From Smithella sp. (GTDB taxonomy: Bacteria; Desulfobacterota; Syntrophia; Syntrophales; Smithellaceae), in assembly GCA_035524255.1 (NCBI GenBank), contig DATKPG010000007.1, positions 3,270-67,269 on the forward strand: a stretch of DNA of 64,000 nt, given 5' to 3'. Both the position numbers and the translations under genes were made by a program. Below are positions 9,693 through 18,152 of the stretch, piece after piece (within the stretch, counting starts at the first letter, position 1; each line of letters begins with the position of its first letter). Below the pieces are notes generated by a model. The model was given only the letters and a program-made list of their open reading frames with translations. It was not told where the DNA came from and did not search any database.

Positions 9693-11309
9693 ATGAATTA
9701 TTACAACATTCTCAATTTAAAAAAAGAGCCATTTTCCAACTCTCCGGAACCGGAATTTCTTTTTCAACTGCCACAGCATAGCGATTGCTTACAAAAGCTG
9801 GAACTGGCCGTCCGCCTGCGCCGCGGGATTAACGTTGTCATAGGGGACATCGGCACAGGGAAAACCACTTTATGCCGGAAACTTATTCAAAGCTTATCTT
9901 CCACATCGGCAGATTCCACTGAAATTGAGACTCATCTTTTGCTGGATCCCGCGTTTGACGGCGCTGTTGAATTTTTGCAGACGATTGCTTTAATGCTGGG
10001 CATTAAAGATTTAAAGGATTGCAAAAGCGAATGGACTTTAAAGGAAAGAATCAAGGATTATCTCTTTGACAAGGGGGTGGACGAAAAAAGAATCGTCGTC
10101 CTGATTATTGACGAAGGCCAGAAAATTCCGGAGAATTGCCTGGAAATCCTGCGGGAATTTCTTAATTACGAAACCAATAAATTCAAACTGCTGCAAATAA
10201 TCATATTTGCTCAAAAAGAATTCCAGACCATTCTTAAAAGGAAGGCCAATCTTCTTGACCGGGTTAACATCCTCTATCATCTTCAACCGCTCAATTTCAG
10301 GCAAATGCGGGCGATGGTAAATTATCGTTTAAGTGTCGCCAGAGACTTTGAAACAGCTCCAACTCTTTTCAGCTTTTTGGGTTTCGCGGCCATGTATATG
10401 GCGACCGGAGGCTATCCGCGCAGAGTGATATTTCTGTGCCATCATGTTGTTTTAAAGATGATCGTTCGCGGCCAAAAGAGGGCGGGCTGGTTTTTAGTCA
10501 GAAGCTCGCTTAGCGAAATGGCAACGCCGTTATTTAGAAAATTAAGATGGGCGCTGGCCAGTATTTTAATTATGGCTGTGCTGGGAATATCGATTGGCGC
10601 ATTGATCATGCAAAGCCGGAATGCCGACGCGTATAAACAAATAGCGACCATTATGGTCACAACCTCAACACCGGCGGCCCCGGCAGCGCCCGCGACCCCG
10701 GTGGTAACTCCGGCAACTCCGGCAACGGCTGTTGTTCCTGAAATTAAACAAGCGGAGCCAACCGGCCCTGTTGCCAATGCGCCTGTCGCCGGGGAAAATA
10801 AGAATCAGAATGTTAAAATGCCCGATAATATCGGATCGATACCCATGACAAAAAGAAGAACCCTTTGGTGGACAATGCACAACATATACGGCGACGTAAA
10901 TTCCGATATTACGAACGCGGTGTTTGCGGCTAATCCCCGCATTAAAGACAAAGACAGGGTCACGGAAGGAAGTATCATAACGCTTCCGTCAATCCCGGCG
11001 GCGATAAAGCCGATTGGCAGGGGCGATATCATTGTTGCCATAAAGAGTGGAAAAGATTTGGAAACGATGTATAATATTTACCGTAACAATCCTGACGAGA
11101 GGAAATTGCCTCCGCTGATGTTCCTTTCTTACTGGAATAAAAAAGAAGGCATGGAGTTCGCGATTGTTATCGATAAAAGTTTCAATAATAAATACTCGGC
11201 CGAAGAAGCAGTCGGCAAATTACCGCCGGTGATTGCCGCCAAAGCAAAAATCTTAGCTCAATGGGACGCGGATACCGTGTTTTTTAACCGTCAGGCGCTG
11301 CGTCATTGA
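9693..11309 (+). CDS. ExeA/GspA/MshM-like AAA ATPase with TM, Pro-rich linker and C-terminal LysM-like and SPOR-like segments
   Basis: 538 aa. N-terminus 'KKEPFSNSPEPEFLFQLPQHSDCLQKLELAV...VVIGDIGTGKTTLCRKL' (Walker A) and 'VVLIIDEGQ' (Walker B). TM 'LASILIMAVLGISIGALIM', then linker 'TPAAPAAPATPVVTPATPATAVVPE'. 'TLWWTMHNIYG...AANPRIKDKDRVTEGSIITLP' is LysM-like, and 'FAIVIDKSFNNKYSAEEAVGKLP' is SPOR-like. Confidence 0.75.
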   Translation: MNYYNILNLKKEPFSNSPEPEFLFQLPQHSDCLQKLELAVRLRRGINVVIGDIGTGKTTLCRKLIQSLSSTSADSTEIETHLLLDPAFDGAVEFLQTIALMLGIKDLKDCKSEWTLKERIKDYLFDKGVDEKRIVVLIIDEGQKIPENCLEILREFLNYETNKFKLLQIIIFAQKEFQTILKRKANLLDRVNILYHLQPLNFRQMRAMVNYRLSVARDFETAPTLFSFLGFAAMYMATGGYPRRVIFLCHHVVLKMIVRGQKRAGWFLVRSSLSEMATPLFRKLRWALASILIMAVLGISIGALIMQSRNADAYKQIATIMVTTSTPAAPAAPATPVVTPATPATAVVPEIKQAEPTGPVANAPVAGENKNQNVKMPDNIGSIPMTKRRTLWWTMHNIYGDVNSDITNAVFAANPRIKDKDRVTEGSIITLPSIPAAIKPIGRGDIIVAIKSGKDLETMYNIYRNNPDERKLPPLMFLSYWNKKEGMEFAIVIDKSFNNKYSAEEAVGKLPPVIAAKAKILAQWDADTVFFNRQALRH

Positions 11310-11327
11310 GTTGATAGTGGAGGATCA

Positions 11328-13031
11328 ATGAGAATCAAACAACGTCTTGGAGAAATACTTGTAAAACAAGGGGTTTTGACCGAAGAAATGCTCGCGAAAA
11401 TCCTGAATGATCAGAAGAAAACCAATTTAAAGATTGGCCAGTTTTTAATACGCCAGGGGATTCTTCAGGAAAAACAGATAATCGATTTATTATGCGAACA
11501 GCTCAATCTTCAGAAATATCAAGTAAACAAGTACCCTCTGGATCTGAATCTGGTCCGTTATATCCCCATTGATTTCGCGCAAAAAAATCAGGTTGTCCCT
11601 TTAAAATTGCAGGGGAATCTTTTAACCGTCGCGGTTGTTGATCCTCTGGAGACTAAAATTTTCGATTCCATTGAGAAATTAACCAACATGGAAGTTGAGC
11701 CCGTCATTTGTTCAGAAATGGAAATCAATCAGCTCATCAACAGCATGTACGGCATGCAATCCGATCTGGGCGATATCATGGAAGACATGGAGATAGAATC
11801 CAAGGAGAAGGAAGACTCCGAAACCCAGGAAGAAATCCAGATCACATCCCTGCAGGATCAGGCGGGAGAGGCGCTGGTTATCCGTTTGACAAATTCTATT
11901 TTCGCGCAGGCCGTTCGCAGCAGGGCAAGTGATATTCATATCTCTCCGCAACTAAATACCGTGCAGCTGCGTTTTCGCATTGACGGACGGCTGATTGAAA
12001 TGCCCTCGCCTCCCAAATCCATATTTTTATCCGTCATTGCCCGTCTCAAGATTATAGCCAACATGGATATCACCGTATCCAGAGTGCCTCAGGACGGCCG
12101 GTTCACGCTGAAACTGGAGAAAAAGGAAATTAATGTCAGGGTTTCCTCGATTCCCACCATATACGGAGAAAATATTGTCATGCGTCTCCTGGATATGAGC
12201 GCGGGTATTTATACCCTGGATAGTTTGGGCATGGATGCCGACGATATGGCTAAAATTGAAAGAATGAGCAATAAGCCTTACGGAATGATCTTAAGCACGG
12301 GACCGACAGGAAGCGGCAAAAGCACCAGTCTCTATGCGATCCTGAATTCCATCAACAAACCGGATATCAATATCATCACGCTGGAAGATCCGGTGGAATA
12401 CAGGGTCAATGATATCCGGCAGGTTCAGTTAAACACGAAGGCGGGTATGACTTTTGCCAGCGGTTTGCGTTCGATTCTCCGTCAGGATCCCGATGTCATA
12501 ATGGTCGGTGAGATCCGGGACGCGGAAACGGCCGCCGTATCGGTACAGGCGGCTCAAACAGGGCATAGAGTTCTCAGCACCGTTCATACGAATGATGCCG
12601 CGGGTGTCATCACGCGATTTATCGACATGGGCATTGAGCCTTTCCTGATCGCATCTGTTTTAATCGTTTCTTTCGCTCAAAGATTGGTGCGCACGGTTTG
12701 TCCTTATTGCAAGGAAAATTATGATCCACCCGTAAAAGCTCTTGAGCTTTTTGGAATAACGGAAAACGAAACAAAAAATGCTAATTTCCAGCGCGGTAAG
12801 GGCTGCAGCCAGTGCAAGAATACCGGCTACAAGGGAAGAACAGGCGTTTTTGAGGTTTTGGCTATTGATGAGATGATTCAGGATATGATTGTGAATCAAA
12901 GGTCGAGTCCCGAAATCACGCGTGCCGCGATAGCCGCCGGGAAATTAAAAACATTACAAAAACACGCGGCCCAAAAGGTTGTTCAGGGAATTACAACTCT
13001 GGAAGAAGCGGCTTCCGCCGTTATGACTTAA
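11328..13031 (+). CDS. GspE/PilB/MshE-family pilus extension ATPase with N-terminal MshEN-type domain
   Basis: 567 aa with Walker A 'GPTGSGKST', Asp box/Walker B 'DPDVIMVGEIRD', His box 'GHRVLSTVHTND' and a tetracysteine motif (CPYC ... CSQC). The N-terminal double 24-residue motif is described in the findings. Confidence 0.92.
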   Translation: MRIKQRLGEILVKQGVLTEEMLAKILNDQKKTNLKIGQFLIRQGILQEKQIIDLLCEQLNLQKYQVNKYPLDLNLVRYIPIDFAQKNQVVPLKLQGNLLTVAVVDPLETKIFDSIEKLTNMEVEPVICSEMEINQLINSMYGMQSDLGDIMEDMEIESKEKEDSETQEEIQITSLQDQAGEALVIRLTNSIFAQAVRSRASDIHISPQLNTVQLRFRIDGRLIEMPSPPKSIFLSVIARLKIIANMDITVSRVPQDGRFTLKLEKKEINVRVSSIPTIYGENIVMRLLDMSAGIYTLDSLGMDADDMAKIERMSNKPYGMILSTGPTGSGKSTSLYAILNSINKPDINIITLEDPVEYRVNDIRQVQLNTKAGMTFASGLRSILRQDPDVIMVGEIRDAETAAVSVQAAQTGHRVLSTVHTNDAAGVITRFIDMGIEPFLIASVLIVSFAQRLVRTVCPYCKENYDPPVKALELFGITENETKNANFQRGKGCSQCKNTGYKGRTGVFEVLAIDEMIQDMIVNQRSSPEITRAAIAAGKLKTLQKHAAQKVVQGITTLEEAASAVMT

Positions 13032-13050
13032 AAGCAGATAAGGATAAGAA

Positions 13051-14271
13051 ATGCCCAAATATACTTACCGTGCCATTAATCAGGTTGGAGAGGAAGTTTC
13101 CGGGAATATAGAGGCGGAATCATCTGAAATCGCGAATTTCATGCTGATTTCCCGCGAACTTATTCCATCAAAAATTACGGAGCGGCAGGGGGGCAGTAAT
13201 TGGTTGGATGCCGTATCGGTGATGGGCAAAGTTAAAACGACGGATCTGATCATGTTTACAAAACAGTTCCATTCCATGCTCGTCGCGGGGATACCGATAT
13301 TAAGAATTTTGTCCATTCTGGAAGATCAGACAGAGAGCAAAATTTTGAAGCAGGGGATTACGCAAATTATTAAAGATATCAATCAGGGTTTGTCCCTTTC
13401 CGATTCCATGCAAAAACACCCCAAAATATTTGACCGCCTTTACTGCGATATGATCAGGGCGGGTGAAGTCAGCGGAAATGTGCCGGTTGTTTTAGAGCGG
13501 CTGATTTACATTGTTGAACATGAGGCAAAAGTCAGGGCGGATATAAAATCGGCGCTCAGGTATCCCATGATAGTGCTTATAGCCTTAACCGGCGCGTTTG
13601 TTTTTCTTTTAACTTTTATCATACCGGTATTTGCCACGATGTTCTCCCACACCGGTTTGGAGCTGCCGTGGCCGACAAGAATTTCCATGATGCTATCCAA
13701 TTTTATCCACAACTACTGGTATTTGATTATTGGCGCAATAGCCATCATTGTTTTTAGCTTGCGTTTATATTTTAAAACAAGCAACGGCAAATTCGTAAAG
13801 GATTCTCTTTTATTAGAATTGCCGATCATAGGGCCGGTATTCAAAAAAGCGGCTTTATCACGTTTTGCCAGTATATTTGCTATCTTACAAACAAGCGGCG
13901 TTCCCATTATGCAATCATTGACCATCCTTTCGGCTACCATGGGCAATGAGGCCCTGACGCGCACGTTTGATAGTATCCGTGAGCGCATTAAAGAAGGGGC
14001 AGGAATTTCAGCGCCGTTAAAATCGTCCAAATATTTTACCCCGATGGTTATTGATATGATAGCGATTGGCGAAGAATCCGGAAAAATTGACGAAATGATG
14101 AGGGCCGTCGCCATGCATTATGATAGTGAAGTTGAGTACGCGGTTAAAGCGCTTTCCGACGCGATTGGCCCTATTCTGATCGTTGGTTTAGCCGCGGTTG
14201 TGGGATTTTTTGCTTTATCCGTATTTATGCCGATGTGGGATCTTATGAAACTGGCAACGCATCAATTCTAA
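13051..14271 (+). CDS. PilC/GspF/MshG-family inner-membrane platform protein
   Basis: 406 aa with two GspF-type repeats ('FTKQFHSMLVAGIPILRIL', 'FASIFAILQTSGVPIMQSL') and three hydrophobic segments. Follows the ATPase gene. Confidence 0.92.
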   Translation: MPKYTYRAINQVGEEVSGNIEAESSEIANFMLISRELIPSKITERQGGSNWLDAVSVMGKVKTTDLIMFTKQFHSMLVAGIPILRILSILEDQTESKILKQGITQIIKDINQGLSLSDSMQKHPKIFDRLYCDMIRAGEVSGNVPVVLERLIYIVEHEAKVRADIKSALRYPMIVLIALTGAFVFLLTFIIPVFATMFSHTGLELPWPTRISMMLSNFIHNYWYLIIGAIAIIVFSLRLYFKTSNGKFVKDSLLLELPIIGPVFKKAALSRFASIFAILQTSGVPIMQSLTILSATMGNEALTRTFDSIRERIKEGAGISAPLKSSKYFTPMVIDMIAIGEESGKIDEMMRAVAMHYDSEVEYAVKALSDAIGPILIVGLAAVVGFFALSVFMPMWDLMKLATHQF

Positions 14272-14274
14272 TTG

Positions 14275-14384
14275 CCGGTCTAATCACCGGTCTAATCGCC
14301 GGTTCAGCCGCGGTTGTGGGATTTTTTGCTTTATCCGTATTTATGCCGGTATGGGATCTTATGAAACTGGCAACACATTATTAA
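14275..14384 (+). pseudogene. Fossil duplicate of the pilC/gspF 3' end
   Basis: 14298-14384 aligns by eye with 14196-14271 ('...gccgcggttgtgggattttttgctttatccgtatttatgccg.tgggatcttatgaaactggcaac.ca...'). It would encode ...AAVVGFFALSVFMPVWDLMKLATHY*. It is preceded by the tandem 11-mer ccggtctaatc(a/g) x2 and has no upstream coding body. Confidence 0.7.
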
Positions 14385-14421
14385 TGTAAAAACATTGATC
14401 AATGAAATAAGCTGATATTTG

Positions 14422-14450
14422 TTGACTTTTTACGCGGAAATAATTAAAAT
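14422..14450 (+). promoter_or_regulatory. Sigma-70-type promoter for the pilin array
   Basis: TTGACT (14422-14427), a 17-nt spacer, then TAAAAT (14445-14450), about 80 nt upstream of the first pilin ATG. No comparable motif was seen in front of pilin copies 2 and 3. Confidence 0.55.
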
Positions 14451-14529
14451 AAAAGATATTAATTTTGTAAATGAAGTCTTAATAAGTGATCACCAAAAAA
14501 ACTAACGGGCATGAAGAAAGGAGAGGAAT

Positions 14530-14907
14530 ATGTTAAAAAATGAGAAAGGTTTTACGTTGATTGAAATCATCGCGGTTCTGGTTATTTTAGGAATTTTGGC
14601 CGCGGTAGCCGTTCCGAGGTATTTAAGTCTGCTGGACCAGTCAAGAATCTCCGCGGCGCAGGGCGCTATTGCTGAATTAAAATCACGCGCGAGCGCTGAA
14701 TACGGCAAATTGCTTCTGTCGGGCTCCGGTGCGGATCCCGGAGAAGCCGCGGTTCAGGCTTCAATAAGCACGGATGTCGGCAGTGATTTTTCGGGTATTT
14801 CAATGGCCGCCAGCGGCAGTAATATCGCCTTTACAATTACAACTGTGAAAGGCGCCACTTTAAGCACAAACGCTACCGGAACCTGGTATTATCCGACCCA
14901 GAGTTAA
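14530..14907 (+). CDS. Type IV major pilin, copy 1 (class III signal peptide, N-methyl-Phe type)
   Basis: 125 aa with leader MLKNEKG|FTLIEIIAVLVILGILAAVAVP (Gly-1, Phe+1, Glu+5). RBS AAAGGAGAGG. No Cys; C-terminal ...WYYPTQS. Confidence 0.92.
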   Translation: MLKNEKGFTLIEIIAVLVILGILAAVAVPRYLSLLDQSRISAAQGAIAELKSRASAEYGKLLLSGSGADPGEAAVQASISTDVGSDFSGISMAASGSNIAFTITTVKGATLSTNATGTWYYPTQS

Positions 14908-14926
14908 GTAAATAAGCATTTATAGA

Positions 14927-14960
14927 AAATAGCGCGAATAGAAATTCGCGCTATTTTTTT
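14927..14960 (+). terminator. Rho-independent terminator after pilin copy 1
   Basis: Stem AAATAGCGCGAAT/ATTCGCGCTATTT with AGAA loop, followed by a T-run to 14960. Confidence 0.8.
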
Positions 14961-15011
14961 GCCGGCATTTCAATACACCTTGAAGCGTTTCTTTAAGAAA
15001 AAGGAGGAAAA

Positions 15012-15389
15012 ATGTTAAAAAATGAAAAAGGTTTCACGTTGATTGAAATCATCGCGGTTCTGGTTATTTTGGGAATTTTGGCTGCGGTGGCTGTTCCGAG
15101 GTATTTAAGTCTGCTGGACCAGTCAAGAATCTCCGCGGCGCAGGGCGCTATTGCTGAATTAAAATCACGCGCGAGCGCTGAATACGGCAAATTGCTTCTG
15201 TCGGGCTCCGGAGCGGATCCCGGAGAAGCCGCGGTTCAGGCTTCAATAAGCACGGATGTCGGCAGTGATTTTTCGGGCATTTCCATGGCCGCCAGCGGCA
15301 GTAATATCGCGTTTACTATTACCACGGTGAAAGGCGCCTCTTTAAGCACAAACGCCACCGGAACCTGGTATTATCCGACCCAGAGCTAA
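15012..15389 (+). CDS. Type IV major pilin, copy 2
   Basis: 125 aa, identical to copy 1 except residue 110 (Ser vs Thr). RBS AAGGAGG. Confidence 0.92.
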   Translation: MLKNEKGFTLIEIIAVLVILGILAAVAVPRYLSLLDQSRISAAQGAIAELKSRASAEYGKLLLSGSGADPGEAAVQASISTDVGSDFSGISMAASGSNIAFTITTVKGASLSTNATGTWYYPTQS

Positions 15390-15406
15390 ATAAAACCATT
15401 CAGGAG

Positions 15407-15435
15407 AAAAAAGCGTGATAACTTCACGCTTTTTC
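15407..15435 (+). terminator. Weaker terminator-like hairpin after pilin copy 2
   Basis: Stem AAAAGCGTGA/TCACGCTTTT with TAACT loop. The T-run is short (5) and is followed by CCCC. Confidence 0.55.
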
Positions 15436-15488
15436 CCCTGCTGATTTTATAGTTCATTAGAAGCATTTTTTAGCGACCAGGAGGAAAA

Positions 15489-15866
15489 ATGTTAAAAAAT
15501 GAAAAAGGCTTCACGTTAATTGAAATCATCGCGGTTCTCGTTGTTTTGGGAATTTTGGCCGCGGTGGCCGTTCCGAGGTATTTGAGTCTGCTGGATCAGT
15601 CAAGAATCGCGGCGGCACAGGGCGCCATTGCGGAATTTAAATCGCGCGCGAGCGGCGTGTATGCCAACCTGCTTCTGTCGGGCGCCGGTGCGGATCCCGG
15701 AGAAGCCGCGGTTCAGGCTTCAATCAATACGGATGTCGGCAGTGATTTTGCGGGTATTTCAATATCCGCCAGCGGCAGCAATATCGTGTTCACAATTACA
15801 ACCGTGAAAGGTTTCTCTTTAAGCACAAATGCCACCGGAACCTGGTATTATCCGATACAAAGTTAA
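15489..15866 (+). CDS. Type IV major pilin, copy 3 (diverged paralog)
   Basis: 125 aa with the same leader and length. It carries about a dozen substitutions (e.g. AEFKSRASGVYANLLLSGAG, ISISASGSNIVF, KGFSL, YYPIQS). RBS AGGAGG. Confidence 0.92.
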   Translation: MLKNEKGFTLIEIIAVLVVLGILAAVAVPRYLSLLDQSRIAAAQGAIAEFKSRASGVYANLLLSGAGADPGEAAVQASINTDVGSDFAGISISASGSNIVFTITTVKGFSLSTNATGTWYYPIQS

Positions 15867-15892
15867 ATTATTATAATGCACTTATGGAAAAG

Positions 15893-15923
15893 TAGCGTGA
15901 ATAGAAATTCGCGCTATTTTTTT
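15893..15923. terminator. Terminator between the convergent pilin array and the GT-C gene (possibly bidirectional)
   Basis: Stem TAGCGTGAAT/ATTCGCGCTA with AGAA loop, then T7. The same hairpin family follows copy 1. It sits 9 nt from the stop of the minus-strand gene at 15932. Confidence 0.75.
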
Positions 15924-15931
15924 GCTTGTTT

Positions 15932-18055
15932 CTAATTAAGATAGGAACATCTTGCGGCAATCGATAAATAATTTTCAATTCTGGGAACGTAAACGTGCAA
16001 ATTTTCATCCTTATTCAATTGCCGGATATATTCTTTTAAATTTAAAGAACCTTTTAAATACAGCAGGAAGCGAATTTCCTGACTTTGCATTTTTGCGTCT
16101 TTGATTTTTCCGTATAATTCAATGAGGGCCAGATTGGCATAAGCATTTTGAGGGGCAAGCTCTCTTACGGATTTCCAGTAATAGATGGCCTGGGCATAAT
16201 TATTTTTCAGGCGGCAGACCTCGGCCATAATTTCCAGCGCGTTTAGTGAATCCGGATCTTTCGCGAGAATTTTTTGGGCGAAATTTTTAGCGGCATCAAT
16301 TTTACCGTCTTTTAACAGAATAAAACTGTATAAATCCATTAGTTTGGAATTATCGGGATATTCTCTGAATTTATTTTCGATAATTTGTCCCGCCTGGCTG
16401 ATTTGATCATGACGGAGCTTTATCTTGGCCATATAGATATAATTGGGAATATGTTGAGGATTTGTTTTAGAGGATTTTATAAAGTAGTCCATGGCCAGAT
16501 CATCCTGCCTTTGGGTAAAATATAAAAGGCCCAGATTATATTCCTGAAGCGATAAAGATATATTGCTTCCTCCAAAATTATTCAGGCTCATCGCTTTTTC
16601 ATACTCTTTTAATCCTTTTTCATTTTCATGATAATTGCAGTAAATGCTGCCCAGCATGGCATGCGGCCTGCTCAATCCCGGAGACTTTTCAGCGTTATCA
16701 AACCACAGGGAAAAATCGTCGGAGAATATTTTATTGCGGCTGTAGGTAATGTCGCCCAGGCCGAATATGATGATGGCTATTCCAAAGGCGACGATAATCT
16801 GCATCAGCTTTTTGTAGGAGAAGTAATCAATAACATAAATGATAAACTCCGTGCAGGGAACAAACAAAAGCATGGACGGCAGGTAATTGCGGTAGTCGTA
16901 TATTAACTCCAGATTAAAAATGGAGCCTTCAATAATATGATTCAAAAAAAAGAAAATAACGCAAAAAGACGAGAGCGGGCGCTTACGGGATATATAAAGG
17001 GCAAATCCGATGATTAAAAATATCGTTAAAATTGACGGAATGGTCGTCCAGGGATGGATTAAGGAGCGGGAGACTTCAAAATCGTAGAGAAAAGTCAAGC
17101 GCGAACTGACCGGATAAAAAAGCAGTGAAAGATAAAACAGGATGACGCGGGGTTCGGTTAAAAGCCTTTGCATCATCGTGAAGCCGCGTATTTTATATCC
17201 GGCTGATAAATCGCGGAAACCCAGGAAATTGGAAAAACCGCTTGTATAAATAAATCCAATCACTAAAATCAGCAACAAAGGCAGCGCGGAAATCCTGATA
17301 CATTTTTTAATGTTTTCTTTAGTTACGCCCTGAATTAAGAATAAATCGAATAATAGAATACTGACCGGAAGCATCGCGGCGTTTTCTTTGGAAAGCACTC
17401 CGGCTAAACCCGCAGCCACGCACAGGATAAAAAACAGGATGGAAGAAGTTTTAGTTTTAGATAGTTGCGCGGATGTCCGGCCTTTGAGATAAAAATACAT
17501 GGACATGATATAAAACAGTCCAGCCATGGACGTATATCTCTGCACTATGTAGGTAACACAGGTAACGTGAAGGGGATTTAATGCCCATAAAAACGAAGCC
17601 AGCAGCGACACGGGGTAGGCAATATTTTGATATTGATCTTTCAGCCGCGGAAGCTTCAGCATGTTGTAAATAAATAAAAAAAGAAATACTGAAGTGAGGT
17701 AATGGATGATAAAATTAACCACATGAAATCCGAAGACATCCATTCCGCCCAATTTATAATTCAGGGCGAAGCTCAAAACCGGCAGGGGCCGCCATAATCT
17801 GTTCTGGCTAATATCATGTACATATTGTTTTATTTCCGGCCAGGAAAATGATTTTATCTGAGTATGCGGATTATTAACGATGTTGCCGAAATCATCAAAA
17901 TGCCAGTCGCCGTGAAAACTGTTGGAGTAAATAATAAATAATGCCGCGAACAGCGCGATAAACGTGAAAATATATTTATGGGATTCAGGGAAGTTTATAT
18001 TAACAGGCGGGGCAAAACCATTTTCTTCGGATGGCATGATAATCTCCTGACTCAT
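15932..18055 (-). CDS. TMTC/PMT-like GT-C-fold membrane glycosyltransferase fused to C-terminal TPR repeats (paralog type A, copy 1)
   Basis: 707 aa with many hydrophobic helices in the N-terminal ~450 aa. The first-loop motif 'SNSFHGDWHFDDFGNIVNNP' has an acidic DD as in PMT/TMTC loop 1. The C-terminal ~230 aa are TPR-like. Collinear with and clearly alignable to 22201-24288. Confidence 0.7.
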   Translation of the reverse strand: MSQEIIMPSEENGFAPPVNINFPESHKYIFTFIALFAALFIIYSNSFHGDWHFDDFGNIVNNPHTQIKSFSWPEIKQYVHDISQNRLWRPLPVLSFALNYKLGGMDVFGFHVVNFIIHYLTSVFLFLFIYNMLKLPRLKDQYQNIAYPVSLLASFLWALNPLHVTCVTYIVQRYTSMAGLFYIMSMYFYLKGRTSAQLSKTKTSSILFFILCVAAGLAGVLSKENAAMLPVSILLFDLFLIQGVTKENIKKCIRISALPLLLILVIGFIYTSGFSNFLGFRDLSAGYKIRGFTMMQRLLTEPRVILFYLSLLFYPVSSRLTFLYDFEVSRSLIHPWTTIPSILTIFLIIGFALYISRKRPLSSFCVIFFFLNHIIEGSIFNLELIYDYRNYLPSMLLFVPCTEFIIYVIDYFSYKKLMQIIVAFGIAIIIFGLGDITYSRNKIFSDDFSLWFDNAEKSPGLSRPHAMLGSIYCNYHENEKGLKEYEKAMSLNNFGGSNISLSLQEYNLGLLYFTQRQDDLAMDYFIKSSKTNPQHIPNYIYMAKIKLRHDQISQAGQIIENKFREYPDNSKLMDLYSFILLKDGKIDAAKNFAQKILAKDPDSLNALEIMAEVCRLKNNYAQAIYYWKSVRELAPQNAYANLALIELYGKIKDAKMQSQEIRFLLYLKGSLNLKEYIRQLNKDENLHVYVPRIENYLSIAARCSYLN

Positions 18056-18152
18056 GAAATATCGTTTGGACTGTATGTTTTTCTTTCATGATGATCCGTC
18101 CCCGGAAAGAGGGGCCGCGATCGAGGTACAGTTACATAATTTCATTCGAAAA

